The position numbers were made by a program, and so were the translations under genes. The notes below the pieces were generated by a model. It worked only from the letters and a program-made list of their open reading frames with translations. It was not told the origin of the DNA and did no database searches. Source: Octopus sinensis (lineage: Eukaryota). From it: a DNA stretch of 24,011 bases. Below are positions 20,155-24,011 of the stretch, in pieces (positions within the stretch are counted from its first letter, which is position 1; each line of letters starts with the position of its first letter). The stretch is taken from assembly GCF_006345805.1 (NCBI RefSeq), contig NW_021836498.1, positions 1 through 24,011 on the forward strand. The letters are read 5' to 3'.

Positions 20155-20642
20155 TGGGAGAATGAAAATTGCAAAATCCTGTGCGATGCAATGATTCAGT
20201 GCGATCACCTGACTAGACATCGGAAACCGGACATTGTTGTGATGAATAAAAGAAAGAAAGAAAGAACATGCGTGATGATCGACACAGCGTGTCCCAGTAA
20301 CAACAGGATCAAAGAAGAAGAAGAAGAAAAAGTGCACCACTATGGCGATTTCAAATAGGAAATACGAAGGTTGTGATCAATGATGTGATATCGTCGACAT
20401 GATACCAATAGTAATGGGCGCACTTGGAAGTATCAACACTCAACTACCAGCATGGCTCAAAACGATTGGTACAAATGTAAAGATAGAACACCTACAAAAA
20501 TCAAGCATTGCTTCGAGATGCAACAATTCTTGGCAGGATTCTTGAAGCATGACCAGTAAACAAGTGTCACTTTAGTCTTGCTGGCTGTGGACAGCTGACA
20601 CTTTCCATCATACTCAGCAAAATAAGCTGAGAGTTTTTATCA

Positions 20643-20643
<1 letters not shown>
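20155..20643 (+). mobile_element. 5'-truncated Dong/R4-like non-LTR retrotransposon (restriction-like endonuclease C-terminus and 3' UTR) within (TAA)n
   Basis: WENENCKILCDAMIQCDHLTRHRKPDIVV..CVMIDTACP..EEKVHHYGDFK*EIRRL, then after frameshifts MIPIVMGALGS..LPAWL..EHLQKS and ALLRDATILGRILEA* (TGA at 20550-20552). This is the PD..D..K REL endonuclease pattern. Flanked by TAA arrays. Confidence 0.85.
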
Positions 20644-20706
<63 letters not shown>

Positions 20707-20760
20707 GTAATAATGATAATAATGATGATGATGATGATAATAATAATAATAATAATAATC

Positions 20761-20800
<40 letters not shown>
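20644..20800. repeat. (TAA)n microsatellite with TGA interruptions
   Basis: Direct reading. Confidence 0.95.
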
Positions 20801-20801
<1 letters not shown>

Positions 20802-20927
20802 TTCGTATTTAGGCACAAAGTCATTAGCTTTGATAACATTGATCCAAGCAATTCGGAGATACTTTTCTTTTTAGCGAACCCTGGGGTGACGAAGAGTAAA
20901 ATTGACTTCGATAGGATTTGAACTCAC
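20801..20927 (-). mobile_element. Highly diverged SINE family B (B2-type) fragment
   Basis: taggcacaaag..acattgatcc..ttagcgaaccc..aaattgacttcg..atttgaactca aligns weakly with the B copies. Confidence 0.5.
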
Positions 20928-21104
20928 ATTTAAAGGAATCTAATGAAATTGTGCAAAGAATTTTACTTAGCATCTTAATGTTACTATTATCTATCGTTCT
21001 ACGGTGGCATGATGATGGCGACAATGAAAATAATGATGATAATGATGGCAATTCGAACTCGCTATTTAAAGAATGTAAAGGAAATACTGAAATTTAAAGT
21101 AATG

Positions 21105-21160
21105 CAATGACTACAATGACGATGATAATTATGTTGGTGGTGACGAAGACGACGACGATA

Positions 21161-21191
<31 letters not shown>

Positions 21192-21850
21192 CGACGATCA
21201 TGATGATGATGACGACGATGACGATGATGGTGGTGATGATGATGATGGTGGTGATGATGATGATGACGACGATGACGATGATGGTGGTGATGATGATGAT
21301 GGTGGTGATGATGATGATGATGATGTGATGATGATGACGATGATGACGATGATGACGACGACGACGACGGTGATGATGATGACGACGACGACGACGTCGA
21401 TGATGACGATGATGATGATGACGACGATGACGATGATGGTGGTGATGATGATGATGGTGGTGATGATGATGATGATGATGATGACGACGATGACGATGAT
21501 GATGACGACGACGACGACGATGATGATGATGATGACGACGACGTCGATGATGATGATGATGACGACGACGATGATGATGACGATGATGTGATGACGACGA
21601 CGACGACGACGATGATGATGATGGTGATGATGATGACGACGACGACGACGATGATGATGATGGTGATGATGATGACGACGACGACGATGATGATGATGAT
21701 GACGACGATGATGATGATGACGACGATGATGTGATGACGACGACGACGACGACGATCATGATGATGGTGATGATGATGACGACGACGACGATGATGATGA
21801 TGATGACGACGATGACGACGACGACGATGATGATGATGATGATGATGATG
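21105..21850. repeat. ~750-bp compound (GAT/GAC/GGT)n trinucleotide array with higher-order units
   Basis: Direct reading. Confidence 0.95.
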
Positions 21851-22215
21851 TTGCCCTGGTCTGGACGAACAAATCCAGTCAAAACGGAACAAAATAAGCG
21901 ATAAACCGTCAGCGACGCAAGAACAACAAGGGCCGAACCACTGGGTGCATTGAAATGAATATGCACAGTTCCTGCAATTCAAATGTCGGCTGTTTGATGT
22001 ATTTTCTGAAACTATACACCATGTTGATCATTATACTCTCACCAAACACGAGCACCGACCAAATATTCTTGAAGGACACAATAACAAAAACAAAGTCCTT
22101 CTATGTACGTCTAGTCACACAGTTTCAACTCCATAGGGGAAAATATCTCTGTTGGGCTTCTCATATGAAGCTGTTGCAGAAACTTTTTTAAACGTGAAAA
22201 TAGTATGGAGCATTA

Positions 22216-22422
22216 TAGGCGCAGGCATGGCGTGGCGGTGTGGTAAGACGTCTGCTTCCCAACTACATAGTTCCGGGTTCAGTCCCACTGCGTGGCAACT
22301 TGAGAAAGTGTCTTCCAGTCTAGCCTCAGGTCGACCAAAGCCTTGTGGGTGGTTTTGATAGACGGAAACTGAAAGAAACCCGCCGTGTTTGCGCGTGCGT
22401 GCGTGTCTGTGTGTGTGTGTGT
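22216..22422 (+). mobile_element. SINE family A, 5' half
   Basis: taggcgcagg..gtgtggtaag..ttccgggttcagtcccactgcgtggca..accaaagccttgtg..gacggaaactgaaagaa. Confidence 0.85.
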
Positions 22423-22424
22423 TA

Positions 22425-22712
22425 CTTTCTCCGGGCGTTTTCTTAGTGTTTTCTTAGCAGAGATACCGGGGTGGCTCGCCATTGCCTTTCCAAACTGGAT
22501 GACCGTTGGAGAAGAGGGAGTTCATTCGCTCTTCGACAAGCCTTGCTTATAGTCCTTCAGGACGCCCAGACACGCTCTTAACGAAAGTAGCAAGCTTTTC
22601 AAATGAGAGAGCCTGTTGAGTCACCAATCACCCGACCATGGGACAGGTAGTACAAGTTTTCATAGTGTCAGTTGCAGGTCTCATCAGCTTGTGCTGAATC
22701 CCTGACCTGATT
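22425..22712 (-). mobile_element. Probable RTE-clade LINE 5' region remnant
   Basis: Minus strand ggaaaggcaatggcgagccaccccggtatctctgctaagaaaac resembles, from recall, the conserved RTE/Bov-B 5' motif GAAGG.AATGGCAA.CCAC.CCAGTAT.T.TGCC..GA.AA. Not confirmed by search. Confidence 0.5.
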
Positions 22713-22714
22713 TT

Positions 22715-22810
22715 ATATAATAAGTACTGGACTTAAAGAAATTATAAAGTACTGCTAAACCATTAAAGGCGGTGCCCCAGCATGGCCCCTGTCTGATGAC
22801 TAAGACAAGT
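22715..22810 (+). mobile_element. SINE family A, 3' end (likely the same copy as 22216-22422)
   Basis: aataagtact..taaaggcggtgccccagcatggcc..gtc-tgat-gac..acaagtaa. Confidence 0.7.
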
Positions 22811-22828
22811 AATATGTAAAAGTTAATA

Positions 22829-23170
22829 CGTGTTACTGTTTGGTAAGTAGCTTGCCTCCGAACAACATGGCTCCGGGTTCAAACCTACTGCGTAGCATCT
22901 TAGGGGCAGGTGTCTTTATCGCCTCGACCCGACAAAAGCCTTGTGAGAGGATTTGGTGCACGGAAACTGTAAGAAGCCCGCCATGTATATGTATATAGGG
23001 GTGTGCATGTGGCTGTGTGTGTGTGTGTGTGGCTGTGTGTCTGTCCCCTATCACTGGTTCACCTGGTGTGTCGCCATACCTTAGCGGTTCGGTAAAAGGG
23101 ACTGATAGAGAATAAATATCAGGCTCTAGAAAAGTACATACTGGGCCCACCCGACTCATACGACTAAAAA
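22829..23170 (+). mobile_element. Diverged SINE family A copy lacking the extreme 3' tail
   Basis: tggtaagtagcttgc..ccgggttca..aaagccttgtgagaggatttggt..cggaaactg..cttagcggttcggtaaaag..cgactaaa. Confidence 0.8.
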
Positions 23171-23240
23171 GTTTTTTAAGGCTACAGTCTAATTACAGAA
23201 ACATGTACAAAATTATATATATAGAGAGATATAGCTATAT

Positions 23241-23455
23241 AAACGTTAGCGCACCGGGCGAATTGCTTAGCGGTATTTCGTCTGTCGTTACGTACTGAGT
23301 CCAAATTCCGCCGAGGTCGACTTTGCCTTTCATCCTTTCGGGGTCGATAAATAAAGTACCAGTTTCGTACTGGGCTCGATATAATCGACTTAATCCCTTT
23401 GTCTGTCCTTGTTTGTCCCCTCTATGTTTAGCCCTTTTTGGGCAGTAAAGAAATA
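23241..23455 (+). mobile_element. SINE family B copy (tail type B1)
   Basis: Reverse-complement match to 5699-5913 and 10133-10364. Confidence 0.9.
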
Positions 23456-23670
23456 TACATATATATATATGAAGTTTTGTCAGTGAACAGGTCGCGGTCT
23501 CAAAGCGACAAAAATATTTGACAAATTAAATTTAAACGTTGAAGTGAATCTAACGGTTTTGTGTGTCTCTTAAATGGCTTATAAACACCTTCCACGCTGC
23601 AATTGTTTTCGTTCCAGCACACGATCTCAGATCAAGTCACTCGCTATGCAAGTACATCTCCATAATATAT

Positions 23671-23671
23671 C

Positions 23672-23721
<50 letters not shown>

Positions 23722-23775
23722 AGAGAGAAAGAGAGAGATAGATACATACATACATACATACATACATACATGCAT
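23671..23775. repeat. (TA)n-(GA)n-(TACA)n compound microsatellite
   Basis: Direct reading. Confidence 0.9.
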
Positions 23776-24011
23776 ATGCAAGTGTTCTGTCGTTTCTGCT
23801 GTCTTCAATCCATTCCCTCTTCGCTGCCGACGCCGTGCAGACAACAACAGCAGCAGCAGCAGACCGACCAATGTCGATAATATTGGGCCAATAAAAATAA
23901 ATGTAATAATACATTGATTTTGAAGTGATTGCCTCTATAACAGGCAATAGATTTATCAAACGATACTCTCGGTGCCATCTTGTTTGTGAAGAAACAGCGG
24001 GAAGCCGTCAG

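Noticed and set aside
21062-21982. 306-aa His/Ser-rich and 290-aa ORFs; possible Asp-rich biomineralisation or His-rich beak-type protein
   Set aside because: The ORFs change residue type at every phase shift, the poly-Asp frame is broken by GATGTGATG interruptions, and GAC/GAT variation is explained by CpG decay.
22655-22695. Hammerhead on the minus strand (acaag-CTGATGA..GAAA-a-cttgt)
   Set aside because: There is no stem III or NUH triplet between GAAA and the stem I partner, and stem II does not pair.

Overview
AT-rich, microsatellite-saturated eukaryotic non-coding DNA. The repeat content resembles what I recall of octopus (cephalopod) genomes; this taxon assignment is an inference and I have not verified it. 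I find no intact protein-coding gene, RNA gene or CRISPR array, and nearly all ORF-track ORFs are translations of simple repeats. The window is a transposon graveyard containing: three tRNA-headed SINE families (working labels A, B, C) in about 15 copies or fragments; a 5'-truncated CR1-group LINE; a Dong/R4-like LINE 3' end; an RTE-like 5' remnant; Penelope-like remnants; a mariner fragment; a maT-like fragment; a near-complete TRT-type (DD37E) Tc1 element with ~330-350 bp inverted repeats; a non-autonomous Helitron; and a Helentron-like element. Most interesting observations: (1) the CR1-like LINE and SINE A share a 3' tail with a covarying stem-loop, suggesting a LINE-SINE partnership; (2) minimal Penelope-type hammerhead ribozyme motifs, one with an intact catalytic core; (3) a DD37E/TRT-type transposon with IR/DR ends; (4) a chimeric SINE joining the A head and core to the C tail. 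Boundaries were read by eye and are approximate to a few bases unless stated.
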